A stretch of 32,000 bases of DNA, from assembly GCA_016933055.1 (NCBI GenBank), contig JAFGBS010000032.1, positions 1-32,000 of the forward strand, read 5' to 3'. The DNA comes from Promethearchaeota archaeon (GTDB lineage: Archaea; Asgardarchaeota; Lokiarchaeia; Sigyniarchaeales; Promethearchaeaceae). This document shows positions 18,891-28,477 of this stretch, piece by piece. The notes under the pieces were generated by a model. That model was not told where the DNA came from. It ran no database searches and worked only from the letters and a program-made list of their open reading frames with translations. Both the position numbers and the translations under genes were made by a program. Position 1 is the stretch's first letter. Each line of letters opens with the position of its first letter.

Positions 18891-19130
18891 AAAAATGAGG
18901 GAATAAAAAAAGGATTTACCCAAGTGAATTAAAAATTCTCATATTCTTTTCCAATAAGGAGACCAAAATGAGAAACTCATTTACTTACACCGATAAATTG
19001 TATGATATAGTAACCACTACAAATCGTATGTAAACTAGTTAATTTACTTAATAAAACAGCAAGAATTATATTTTTAATTACGTAGAAATCGTGACGTATT
19101 TATCTAAAAAGTTGCATTCCTGAATGGAAT

Positions 19131-19409
19131 CTAATGATGTTTCAATCTACGCCCAGATTTAATTAGAAGTGCTCTATTGTTTTTAACTCTTTGCTGGTAG
19201 GGTGCCCGTCGATTATTGCTTGTTTTTCTTCCGTAACTAGGTCGCGATTTGGTGCTCCAGTTATAACGTCTTAATCGTGCAGATTCTCCAAAACCACAAG
19301 CCGCACATACTTTCTTCTTCTTATGATAAGAGTGTCGACCACATCTTCTACAGCGGATATGATTTCCTTCTTTATTGTGTCGACCAAAAGCTCGAGTTCC
19401 TTTTCCCAT
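19131..19409 (-). CDS. rpl37e: 50S ribosomal protein L37e (eL37) with long basic C-terminal extension
   Basis: [18 protein letters not shown]....CAACGFG, RRYNW zinc-finger signature; 92 aa; downstream of LSm. Confidence 0.95.
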   Translation of the reverse strand: MGKGTRAFGRHNKEGNHIRCRRCGRHSYHKKKKVCAACGFGESARLRRYNWSTKSRPSYGRKTSNNRRAPYQQRVKNNRALLIKSGRRLKHH

Positions 19410-19473
19410 GAATAATCACTAAGGTTCTATTGTGTGTGTTCGATATTACGCATATCATTTATTTTTTTCCATT

Positions 19474-19785
19474 TCAAAATTCGATTTCCTCATCATCATT
19501 TACCACAATTCGTGTACCAGAAGTCTCTAGGTAAATAATTGAATCCCCACGCAAAATAATTGTGGTATATTCTCGTTCACTTGTGGTACCATCCCGAAGT
19601 TTTGTAATCTCTACAGCATTTTCGATAATAAGATTCAAATGCATATCGAACATTCTCAAGATTCCCTTAATGAAATGATTGCGAATTTTAATTGCGACCA
19701 AAATAGGTTTTCCGAGAGATTTAACAAGTTGAGATGGTACCGGTCGAACTTGATTATCTTGTCGTTGTGGTTGATTACGGGACAT
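19474..19785 (-). CDS. LSm / Sm-like archaeal protein (SmAP)
   Basis: Sm1 GILRMFDMHLNLIIENAVE and Sm2 IILRGDSI; conserved adjacency to rpl37e. ATG at 19785. Confidence 0.9.
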   Translation of the reverse strand: MSRNQPQRQDNQVRPVPSQLVKSLGKPILVAIKIRNHFIKGILRMFDMHLNLIIENAVEITKLRDGTTSEREYTTIILRGDSIIYLETSGTRIVVNDDEEIEF

Positions 19786-19996
19786 TACATGGGAATAACC
19801 ACACATAGAATAAAAAAATTGTCTTCATTAAAACGCAAAAGAGGTTATAACATCCATAGGTCTAAGGAGGTTAAAAGTCAATCAAATCATTAAGGAAATA
19901 AAGAGCCATTTTTCCATAGGAATTTAGAAAATACTGGTACTTAACTTAACATCCATAAGCTTTAATTTTAATAGTTTTAAGTACCATTAAGCGAAA

Positions 19997-21422
19997 ATGG
20001 GTCTAGCGAATAAAACCGATAGAGATCGATATTCTATAGGAACTTATATTTCGATTTCGTTTAAATTTGATCACTGAATTTTTTCTCGCTGCATTCGGTA
20101 CAAGGGTATTTGATTACTACGAGAATGAAATTGGCCTGCAATCCATTTGGATTTCTGCAGCTTTCATGGTGTATGCAATCTGGAATATGTTTAATGATCC
20201 GATCATAGGGTATATTTCCGACAAACCTCGGCGATGGTGGCCTAAATGGGGTAAACGACGACCTTGGATCATGGCTTCTATAATTCCTTGGGGATTGACC
20301 TTCCTTTTATTATTCACTGTTCCCAATTTTAATCCAACTACCTCTGGCGGAGCAGTATCTTTATTTATGTGGCTCGTTGTAACCAGTATTGTATATGATA
20401 CATTTTTTTCCATATTCGGGACCAATTTTAATGGTCTGCTCCCCGAGAAATTCCGTACAGATGCGGAAAGAAGGCGACAAGCTTCTATTGGTATCGCATT
20501 CAGCACCGTAGGAATGGTTTTGGGGACTACTTTGCCAGGTTTATTTGGATCCTATCAAAATCAGTATTCATGGATACTAGGTGCGGCTGCTATTTCAGTT
20601 GTGGGAATCGCATTTGGAATGCTAATGGGACCGGGTACCAAAGAACCTCCCGACATGATAGAACGCGCAGAATTTTGCGTGGAAGAAGAAATTGAACATG
20701 AAAAATGCAAAAATGAAAAATCCCCTTTTTTTGATACATTGCGGAAAATTCTACGAGATAAAAATTACGTTGCCTATCTGATTTTAATCGTGTGCTACCA
20801 ATGTTTAGTTTTACTGATGGTTGGAACTATTCCATATTTAAATCGTTTTATTTTGAAACCTGCTCCTGTAGAACCTGAATCTCTATTATTTGTTCCACCT
20901 ATCATCGTTGGACTACTTTCTATTCCTTTTTGGCATTGGATTACGAAAAAAATCGGAAATGCTAAAATGGTTATTTTGGGTGGCACTCTAATAATTTGCT
21001 CGGGATTACCATTCCTATTCATTTCAAATACTATAACAATAATCGTTTTTATTTCAATTATGGGGTTGGGACAAATCGCTTTTGGATTACAACTTATGCC
21101 TATTCTCGCCGAAGTTGTGGATGAATTAGTTGTAAAAATCGGAAAAAGACAAGAGGGTCTTGTAATTGGAGTTCGCACATTCTTTGCACGATTTGGTTTA
21201 ATTATTCAAGCAATTACATTCGGATTAATTCATATACTTACTGGATTTGAACCAGCTAGTACGACTCAAGATCCTCTAGCTCTTATTGGATTAAGGATTC
21301 AGCTTGCTTTAGTCCCAACTATTATTATGACTATCGGTATCTTGTTATTTTGGCGAATGTACGACATCGATCCCACAAAAAAAAAAACAATTCAACGAAG
21401 ATTAGCCAAATTAAAACTATAA
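19997..21422 (+). CDS. MFS transporter, GPH/MelB-like, with an apparent frameshift near the 5' end
   Basis: The main ORF 20067-21422 has WNMFNDPIIGYISDK..WGKRRPW and AEVVDE...RQEG motifs. An upstream ATG at 19997 in another frame encodes MGLANKTDRDRYSIGTYISISF, which looks like the missing N-terminus. Confidence 0.8.
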
Positions 21423-21446
21423 ATAATTTATTTAGCATATTTCGTC

Positions 21447-22040
21447 TTGAATTACTTAGTGGTAAAATTGCTTACGGATTTAATTGACGGAGCCAGAGAG
21501 GTATTTCGTTTTCGTGAGTTACTTTCTGACGTTGTTATGGCTACAATAGATACTCCGGACTATATTCTTGATAAAGTCTTCTTAATTTATGAAGATTTTG
21601 TCGAATTAGTCGAAACTATGCGTCCCATAACTCCTGGTGATGTCACTAAATTTGTGAATGCTGAATTATTAAAATATTCTGACCAGCCCTTCTTCCCCGT
21701 TTTAGGTGGGCTGTACGTGAATGCTTTGCTTAATAAATTATTTCAATCGTATGATTCCTTAGAAATTGATTTAACAGATTTTTGTGGATCTATTTTGGAA
21801 AATGCAGAAAATGAGTCTAAAATTGCGGATGATTCGGATTATTACGAATATGTAGGTTTCTCATTAGATTTCATTGGATACCTTCTACCGGACAAAAAAA
21901 AATTAGTGATTCATGGCGCAGTAGGTGATTTTGCTGGAGCTTTAATGGGAGAAAACGCTGTTTTTGAGTTGTATGGCTTACATGGTAGGTACGCTGCGTA
22001 TGAAAAGCATCCTAGTGCACAATTTTCTGTAGAAGGGTGA
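21447..22040 (+). CDS. Hypothetical protein with C-terminal GXGXG-like beta-helix repeats
   Basis: 197 aa, acidic. LVIHGAVGDFAGALMGENAVFELYG resembles FwdC/glutamate synthase C-terminal repeats. TTG start. Confidence 0.6.
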   Translation: MNYLVVKLLTDLIDGAREVFRFRELLSDVVMATIDTPDYILDKVFLIYEDFVELVETMRPITPGDVTKFVNAELLKYSDQPFFPVLGGLYVNALLNKLFQSYDSLEIDLTDFCGSILENAENESKIADDSDYYEYVGFSLDFIGYLLPDKKKLVIHGAVGDFAGALMGENAVFELYGLHGRYAAYEKHPSAQFSVEG

Positions 22041-22047
22041 AATTTCG

Positions 22048-22090
22048 GTAGTGGAGTTAAATTATTCTATATTGCATCCTGTTCCACTAC
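22048..22090. terminator. Possible hairpin between convergent genes
   Basis: GTAGTGGA (22048-22055) / TCCACTAC (22083-22090) inverted repeat. Confidence 0.25.
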
Positions 22091-22187
22091 GGGATGATGG
22101 TTCTTAATAAAATGAGCATCTATTTTTATTAATGTTATCCATGGCACTTTGTCAAAGTAAAAGGGGGAATTAACAAAGAAAAAGAAA

Positions 22188-22952
22188 TTATTTCTGAGAT
22201 TTTGCGAATAGTTTCACATACCAAGCAGGGTTAGTGTATCCTATGTATGCTGTGATTCCTGCTATTGCAACTAAACTCCAAAGGATATAGAACGCGATCC
22301 CTTGACCTTGTCCTGTGACTTCGAATTCAATCACATCAGCAACTATAGCTACCCACACTAAGGTTGTGATAAATGAATGTATAAAAAGAGCAAACAATGT
22401 GGGTTTTATATCTGGTTCCGCTCGTTTGAAAATCCTATAGGATTGAACTGTAAAAGGAATATACAACATAAGAGAGTGAATGAGTAATACTCCCGCAGTT
22501 GCTAATTCCCAGATATCTACGCTCAAAGGATAAAATGCGACTCCGATTCCTATAGCGGCAACAATATATACTGTAATAGAGAATCCGATTCGCTCCTTAC
22601 CTGCACTGGTTTCATAAATTTCAGTATAAAATCGGTAGTAGATAATATTAGCTATAAACACAATCACTTTAAATAATTGATCTTGACGCAAAAACTGATA
22701 TATATATTCACTTGGAATTACTCCAGTCAAGGGTTCAAAAGGTAAGGCGAATACATATTTCGATAATGCTGTTGCAACGACCGCAAGGAAGTAAAGAAAA
22801 AAATATGCGGTCAATTTTTTCATTAATCCTGTTTTTTTTTGTATGGAACGGATTAAGAATAATAATGTAACAATGAGCAATAAAATTCCTATCACATCCC
22901 GAAAAATAGAACCTATTCGTGTAATAGCGGCTACACTTTCTGGTGGTAACAT
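22188..22952 (-). CDS. Membrane hypothetical protein (about 7 TM)
   Basis: About seven hydrophobic helices; ATG at 22952 is preceded by GGAG. Confidence 0.7.
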   Translation of the reverse strand: MLPPESVAAITRIGSIFRDVIGILLLIVTLLFLIRSIQKKTGLMKKLTAYFFLYFLAVVATALSKYVFALPFEPLTGVIPSEYIYQFLRQDQLFKVIVFIANIIYYRFYTEIYETSAGKERIGFSITVYIVAAIGIGVAFYPLSVDIWELATAGVLLIHSLMLYIPFTVQSYRIFKRAEPDIKPTLFALFIHSFITTLVWVAIVADVIEFEVTGQGQGIAFYILWSLVAIAGITAYIGYTNPAWYVKLFAKSQK

Positions 22953-23058
22953 TTTTATATACTCCAATTAGGTTTAGTATTCATGCCAATTTGTTAATAA
23001 AGAAGTATACTGTTTTCTTATTTAATGTTTTCACCTTTAGAACCCGTTAAATAATAGA

Positions 23059-23568
23059 TCATTTAAAAGTTTTTGAAAATTCCCAAATTTCATCGCCTAT
23101 GGCATGAATACTCTTCAGAACTTTTCCCTTCTTCATTTTTTGCATAGATTGCGCATCAAACAGAGCAATTGCAACTGCCAGTGTTCTTCCATGAAGTTCT
23201 TCTTGGACTTTTATGATGTCTCCTTTTTGTATTGAGGAATCTATCTCTCTAATACCAGGTCGCATAATATCTGCCCCATTTGCAACAAATGGTATAGCAC
23301 CTTTATCTACGGTCACAGATTTCACATGAAATGGGAGATTTGGATCGAGCAGTAAAGTTAAACAAGGAACATATCGATCTTCTGTGATCCAAAAACTCAA
23401 TACATTGTTGATTACGATAAGTTCATCTCGATCTAGTTTCAGAATTTCTACCTTGGGTTTATCGGTGAATAATTTATCGATATTTTTTTCATCATATAAT
23501 TCTGCAAGTTTTTGCTGTAATTCTTTAATATCGGTCGATTTCAACATGTGTCTTTGTCTTATTTTCAT
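23059..23568 (-). CDS. PUA-domain RNA-binding protein (DUF1947+PUA, MCT-1/Tma20-like)
   Basis: VTVDKGAIPFVANGADIMRPGI, GKVLKSIHAIGDEIW; N-terminal KIRQRHMLKS. Confidence 0.9.
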   Translation of the reverse strand: MKIRQRHMLKSTDIKELQQKLAELYDEKNIDKLFTDKPKVEILKLDRDELIVINNVLSFWITEDRYVPCLTLLLDPNLPFHVKSVTVDKGAIPFVANGADIMRPGIREIDSSIQKGDIIKVQEELHGRTLAVAIALFDAQSMQKMKKGKVLKSIHAIGDEIWEFSKTFK

Positions 23569-23732
23569 TTTCAAGCTTATATGGAATCCATGGGTTAAGT
23601 AAGTGCGGATCGTCGATGTAGACCTTCAATTCCAATCATTTTTTTTTTGAAATACGTGTTTTTAATAAGTTTAAACTATAAATATAATTCCTATAAAGGG
23701 AATAGATATGAATAGAGTGAGGATTCTGCAAA

Positions 23733-25334
23733 ATGCGTATTATGAAAATCAAAAATCAAATTCTTAGGAAAATTATCCTTGCAACACTGGTATTGTTTCC
23801 CGTAGCATTCGGAGGTTTGTATATTGGGTTCTATTTGGGAATTATGGTACCAGATTTAACAAGTTATATGGAAATTCCTCCAGATACAAGCGATTTTTAC
23901 AATTTGGAAGATATTAATATTACAAGATTGGAAGAGATCGGCACTGAGTTCGAGCATTTACAGGAACAGCATTTACCGATTAACCTATCTCAAACTATTA
24001 CGTTCAATGCAAATACTGGGGAGGTTCTTTCTTATCATGGAACAGATAATGGAGCTTTACACACGGCGGAGAATCTAGTTGCATCATGCTTACGATATGC
24101 TTCTCTTTCCCCTGGTCCTGAAAAAGACTATTCACTTTTTTTGATACGGAAAATGGTGGACGCAATGAGACTGTTGATAGAGGTTCCAAATGGTGGATTA
24201 GGTCCAGAATTTCCAGGAACCATCGTTGCACGTTTCTATGCTCCTCCTGAAAAATGGAATGATGGAAATTATACATGGATTTTTGATGATTATTTCCGCC
24301 ATTTTAACGGGACGAATGGAAAGTTAATTCATGAATCTGGCACAGATTATTCTCAGTGGAGAATGAGACTCTATACCAGTAAAGATGAATTAGCAGGATA
24401 CTTTGGGGCTTTAGCCGCATTATTAGCCTTAGTTGATGTTCCGGATGTTCAGGAAATAACTAAATTAATCATTCTTCAACTAATGGAGGGCATGCTGAGT
24501 AGTTTCTGGCAGGAAATGACAGGAGATGGTAAACCAAACGGAGTACACTTCCAACCACCCTCAAGTTCTGCATGGAAACTCCTATTAACGAGAATGGCAA
24601 TTATTGCTGATCCAGAGAATGCTCGTTATCAACAATTATTTCATTATTACTTAGCAAAAGAACGTAAAGTAGATAATGTAATGTTTGTAGGAAAGATGGA
24701 CAACATCGATAATTATTATTCCCATTACTTTAATTCATTTGTTCTTCTCGGACTGTTTCTTGTAGAAAATAACCAAGAAATACTGGATCTCTATTTTAAG
24801 AATTTCCAAGAAAAAACATATCAAAATTATCGAGGGCATCGGAATGCCGTATTAAATACGCTGTATTTAGTTGCAGCAAGTAAATCTGGGAGGAAAACCA
24901 TATTTGATGTTGAATCCATACGTTGGGATGTTTTAGATCAGCTTTGGAGATTCAATGTCCATAATTTGGTACCATTTGATACGACTTTTGGGGGAACAAA
25001 TCAGACCATCAGTCGAACCTCATTGGATGCTGAATGGATAATAGTCGATCCGAATATAGCGAAATGGAAAAATTTTGTGGATAATACATGGTTTGGTGGC
25101 TTATACAAGTGGTTAACTTATGGCATTCAAGATGCGGTTTTCGAGCAGAGATTCTTGAAGCCAGCAGTGATTGGCATGCTAAGACCAACAGAAACGGTCT
25201 GGAATAAAAATCCATATCGAGAAGATGGGGAGCATGTATACAATACATCGAGTACAATAACCCAATTCGCAGGAGCATCATTCACATTGCCATTTTATAT
25301 GTTAAAATATTGTGGATATTTGGAGGTGAGCTAA
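23733..25334 (+). CDS. Membrane-anchored extracellular hypothetical protein, probably an alpha/alpha-toroid enzyme
   Basis: N-terminal TM anchor; DNGALHT..LVASCLRY, TSKDELAGYFG, HRNAVLN, WNKNPY and FTLPFYMLKYCGYL motifs; helical composition. Confidence 0.7.
   Translation: MRIMKIKNQILRKIILATLVLFPVAFGGLYIGFYLGIMVPDLTSYMEIPPDTSDFYNLEDINITRLEEIGTEFEHLQEQHLPINLSQTITFNANTGEVLSYHGTDNGALHTAENLVASCLRYASLSPGPEKDYSLFLIRKMVDAMRLLIEVPNGGLGPEFPGTIVARFYAPPEKWNDGNYTWIFDDYFRHFNGTNGKLIHESGTDYSQWRMRLYTSKDELAGYFGALAALLALVDVPDVQEITKLIILQLMEGMLSSFWQEMTGDGKPNGVHFQPPSSSAWKLLLTRMAIIADPENARYQQLFHYYLAKERKVDNVMFVGKMDNIDNYYSHYFNSFVLLGLFLVENNQEILDLYFKNFQEKTYQNYRGHRNAVLNTLYLVAASKSGRKTIFDVESIRWDVLDQLWRFNVHNLVPFDTTFGGTNQTISRTSLDAEWIIVDPNIAKWKNFVDNTWFGGLYKWLTYGIQDAVFEQRFLKPAVIGMLRPTETVWNKNPYREDGEHVYNTSSTITQFAGASFTLPFYMLKYCGYLEVS
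25322..25329 (+). promoter_or_regulatory. Shine-Dalgarno site for the TTG start at 25335
   Basis: GGAGGTGA lies 5 nt upstream of the TTG that directly follows the upstream TAA. Confidence 0.6.
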
Positions 25335-26594
25335 TTGGCGAACACCACGATAAATTCAAAGGAAAGCGCTTTAAAATTATCCTATAGGAGATACAAGGGG
25401 GAAATTGAACACTCGATGAAATTTTTATCAATTCCATGGAGTTATCTCGTCACCGGTATCATGTTTTTCACGGTTGGATTACTCGATTTCTTTTTCCTCG
25501 GACATTTAATAGGTCACATCAATGAAGAAATTATTGGAGAATACCTGGGACAAGGAATTGCAGTCTATTTGGGTGGAGTGAGTTTCTTTTATACGATAGG
25601 ACTTTTGCCACTCATTACAGGATTTATAATAATACTATATTGCCTTTATGCTACCAAACAAGTAATTTTATCTCGAACTACTGATAATTATGTTTTTCAA
25701 GAGCGACGATTACTATTTCCAATGATTACTCACATCAATCGTAGTTCTGTACGTAAAATACACTATACAAATAAAGGACTGAGATTGCGCCATTTGTGGG
25801 TACTTATTTTTATCCCTATGGGAATTCGCATCCTACAATTTGGGATTCCTCTGTTTGGAGAACATCTCGCACACGATGAAATTCTCCCAACGATGATGGT
25901 TTTATCAGGAAGTATCGATATTTTAGGCGCATTAATCATGTTAATGATTCCGACTCGCTCGTTAACTATCCAAACGAATCAGAAACTTCATGCCATTAAT
26001 TTCCTACCAATTTCACAGGTTAGAGTTATTCCGGAGTTATACCAATTAGAAACTGGGGTAATAAAATCTCAAGTAGATCCTATCCAGTTATTTGGAGGAT
26101 TGGGATTGGTTATTATATCGCTTGTTGGTTTGTTTATGGAAGCTATTTGGGGAACGGATCTTTCCATGGTTGGAATTACCTATGGACTCTATTTGTTGAT
26201 GAAAATTTTACAATCAAATGGAAAGAATGTATATTTTTCAATGCAATGTCCCGAAGAAACGTCGAAAGACAATATACATTTAAGGGAGTTATCGTTTATT
26301 GATATTGTAGGAATTGGATTACTTGTATATCTTTCAACACTGGAATTTATTTGGGCTTGGATTTATTTTGTTGATTTTAATGGACTTATATTAATTGATT
26401 TGCTGATTACCACTGTTTTCTGGTTTGGAATGATGTTTTGGATTTTCATTTATCTATTCATCCCAAAAATTACGAAATTATCTCTGAATTTCATGAAATC
26501 ATTATGGAAATCTGATAAATCAATTCGAAATAATATAATTTTAAGAATACTGGTCATACTTGCAGCGATCATAATTGTGATCATAGTAATTTAG
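25335..26594 (+). CDS. Multi-pass membrane hypothetical protein
   Basis: 419-aa ORF with about 9-10 TM and short beta-rich soluble inserts; abuts the upstream gene with zero gap. Confidence 0.7.
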   Translation: MANTTINSKESALKLSYRRYKGEIEHSMKFLSIPWSYLVTGIMFFTVGLLDFFFLGHLIGHINEEIIGEYLGQGIAVYLGGVSFFYTIGLLPLITGFIIILYCLYATKQVILSRTTDNYVFQERRLLFPMITHINRSSVRKIHYTNKGLRLRHLWVLIFIPMGIRILQFGIPLFGEHLAHDEILPTMMVLSGSIDILGALIMLMIPTRSLTIQTNQKLHAINFLPISQVRVIPELYQLETGVIKSQVDPIQLFGGLGLVIISLVGLFMEAIWGTDLSMVGITYGLYLLMKILQSNGKNVYFSMQCPEETSKDNIHLRELSFIDIVGIGLLVYLSTLEFIWAWIYFVDFNGLILIDLLITTVFWFGMMFWIFIYLFIPKITKLSLNFMKSLWKSDKSIRNNIILRILVILAAIIIVIIVI

Positions 26595-26665
26595 GTTCTC
26601 ATTTTTTCCCTAAATCCAGATCCAATAATCTCATTTTTTTCTTAAAACTATGAAGCTTTGGAGTA

Positions 26666-27028
26666 ATGTTATTAAGAGTGAATATGATAAGAATGACTAT
26701 GAAAACGGTAACACGTGAATACATTTGTGATGCGTGTGGCCAACAGCATAAGGTTCAATTACCCGAAGACCTTGCCTCAAGGCATACGCAATTCCCGTTT
26801 GCCTATTTCTATCTCCACGGTGACGCAAAAGACGTACTTTCTACACTATATTTGGATGCAGATTTGAAAATTAGAGGTGCAGAGACTCAAAGATTGGAAA
26901 CTGACCTCGATGACATCTTCTCCAAAGGTCAAATGCTCTCAATTGTTCAGAATTTAATGAATGAGATAGAACGTTGGAGAAGGGATTATGAAGATCTAAA
27001 GAAGAAATATGACGAAGTAATTAAATAA
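26666..27028 (+). CDS. Small CxxC/His protein with C-terminal coiled coil
   Basis: YICDACGQQH...FPFAYFYLHG...LYLDADLKIRG, then heptad-like LMNEIERWRRDYEDLKKKY. Confidence 0.7.
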   Translation: MLLRVNMIRMTMKTVTREYICDACGQQHKVQLPEDLASRHTQFPFAYFYLHGDAKDVLSTLYLDADLKIRGAETQRLETDLDDIFSKGQMLSIVQNLMNEIERWRRDYEDLKKKYDEVIK

Positions 27029-27093
27029 TATCACCAAAAGGTGGATAGAAAAATCTTAATTTTAATATCGTCTTTTCTTCATGGGTAACTAAT

Positions 27094-28422
27094 TTGTTAG
27101 ATATTAAGCTCTTTCGGGAACAGGCCGACTTGGTGAGAGAATCGGAACGTAAACGATTCCGTAATGTCGAAAATGTGAATACTGTAATTTGTTTGGATAT
27201 AGAGTGGCGTGAAAGCTTACAAAGGATTCAGGAATTGCGTCAGAAACGAAATTCACTCACTAAAGAGATCTCCAAATGTTATAAACAATTACAAAAACTA
27301 GCATCTGAAGATGAAAAGAAGAAACTCGAAGAGAAAGCTGAACAGTTGAAATTGGATTCTAAAAAAATAGGAAATGCTATTACAGAGGAAGAACCTAAGA
27401 CTAAAGAACTGCTACAGCAAAGAGATGAATATCGATACCGTGTTGGAAATATTTTAGATAATAAAGTACCAATTGCAGATGACGAAACTGGAAATTTAAT
27501 TATTCGGAAATATGGCAGGAAAAAGAACTTTCCGTTTGATATACGTAATCATGTAGATCTTATGGAATTAATTGGAGGAGTAAATACCAAAAAAGCTTCA
27601 GAAATTGCGGGAAATAGATTTTACTATTTGCAGAATGAACTTGTCAAGCTTAATATAGCTCTGATCAATTTTGCCTTGGATCATTTAATCTCTGAAGGAT
27701 ATTCACCCATGTGGACCCCGTTTTTTGTACGACATGAGGTGATCAAAGAAGCTGCTGAACTTGCAGATTTTGAAGAACAACTATATAAAATCCAAGATGA
27801 GGACCTTTACTTGATAGCCACCTCGGAGCAAACCTTAGCTGCACTACATCGTAACGAAATAATAGACGAGAAACTATTACCGATTAAATATGCAGGAGTA
27901 TCTTCGTGTTTTCGTCGTGAAACGGGAAGTCATGGAAAAGATACCCTTGGCATCTTTCGCGTACATCAATTTGAGAAGGTAGAACAATACGTTTATTGCA
28001 AGCCTGAAGATTCTCCTCAATTGCACGAGGAAATGATAGGAATCACCGAAAAGATCTTTAAAGATCTCCGAATTCCTTATCGCATTGTTAACATTGCATC
28101 AGGAGAGTTAAATGACAACGCTTCAATCAAGTATGATTTAGAAGCTTGGTTCCCAGCTTCTCAAGCTTATCGAGAGCTTGTGTCCGCTACGAATTGCCGA
28201 GATTATCAAGCTCGAAAATTAAACGCGCGATTTGGAACGCTTGGAGACCCGGATACCTACGAAGTTGTGCACACTTTAAATGCTACAGCGATTGCAACCG
28301 AGCGTTTTATGTGTTGCTTGGTAGAGAATCACCAACAAGAGGATGGTTCAATTATAATCCCAAAAGCTTTAAAGCCCTACATGGGTGGAATTGATTTAAT
28401 TCCCGCTCGAAATAACGCTTAA
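27094..28422 (+). CDS. serS: Serine--tRNA ligase (canonical type)
   Basis: MLDIKLFR, N-terminal coiled coil, LIATSEQ, CFRRETGSHGKDTLGIFRVHQFEKVE, YDLEAWFP, ELVSATNCRDYQAR, HTLNAT, ENHQ. Confidence 0.97.
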   Translation: MLDIKLFREQADLVRESERKRFRNVENVNTVICLDIEWRESLQRIQELRQKRNSLTKEISKCYKQLQKLASEDEKKKLEEKAEQLKLDSKKIGNAITEEEPKTKELLQQRDEYRYRVGNILDNKVPIADDETGNLIIRKYGRKKNFPFDIRNHVDLMELIGGVNTKKASEIAGNRFYYLQNELVKLNIALINFALDHLISEGYSPMWTPFFVRHEVIKEAAELADFEEQLYKIQDEDLYLIATSEQTLAALHRNEIIDEKLLPIKYAGVSSCFRRETGSHGKDTLGIFRVHQFEKVEQYVYCKPEDSPQLHEEMIGITEKIFKDLRIPYRIVNIASGELNDNASIKYDLEAWFPASQAYRELVSATNCRDYQARKLNARFGTLGDPDTYEVVHTLNATAIATERFMCCLVENHQQEDGSIIIPKALKPYMGGIDLIPARNNA

Positions 28423-28477
28423 ATTCCTATTTGACACATATTGATACCATATTTTTATTTTTGAAGGTTTGATTGAG

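Noticed and set aside
22038-22096. TGA stop followed by a hairpin, considered as selenocysteine read-through
   Set aside because: Archaeal SECIS elements are not placed immediately after the UGA. The read-through adds only about 20 aa with no redox motif and does not continue the repeat register. A terminator-like hairpin between convergent genes is simpler.
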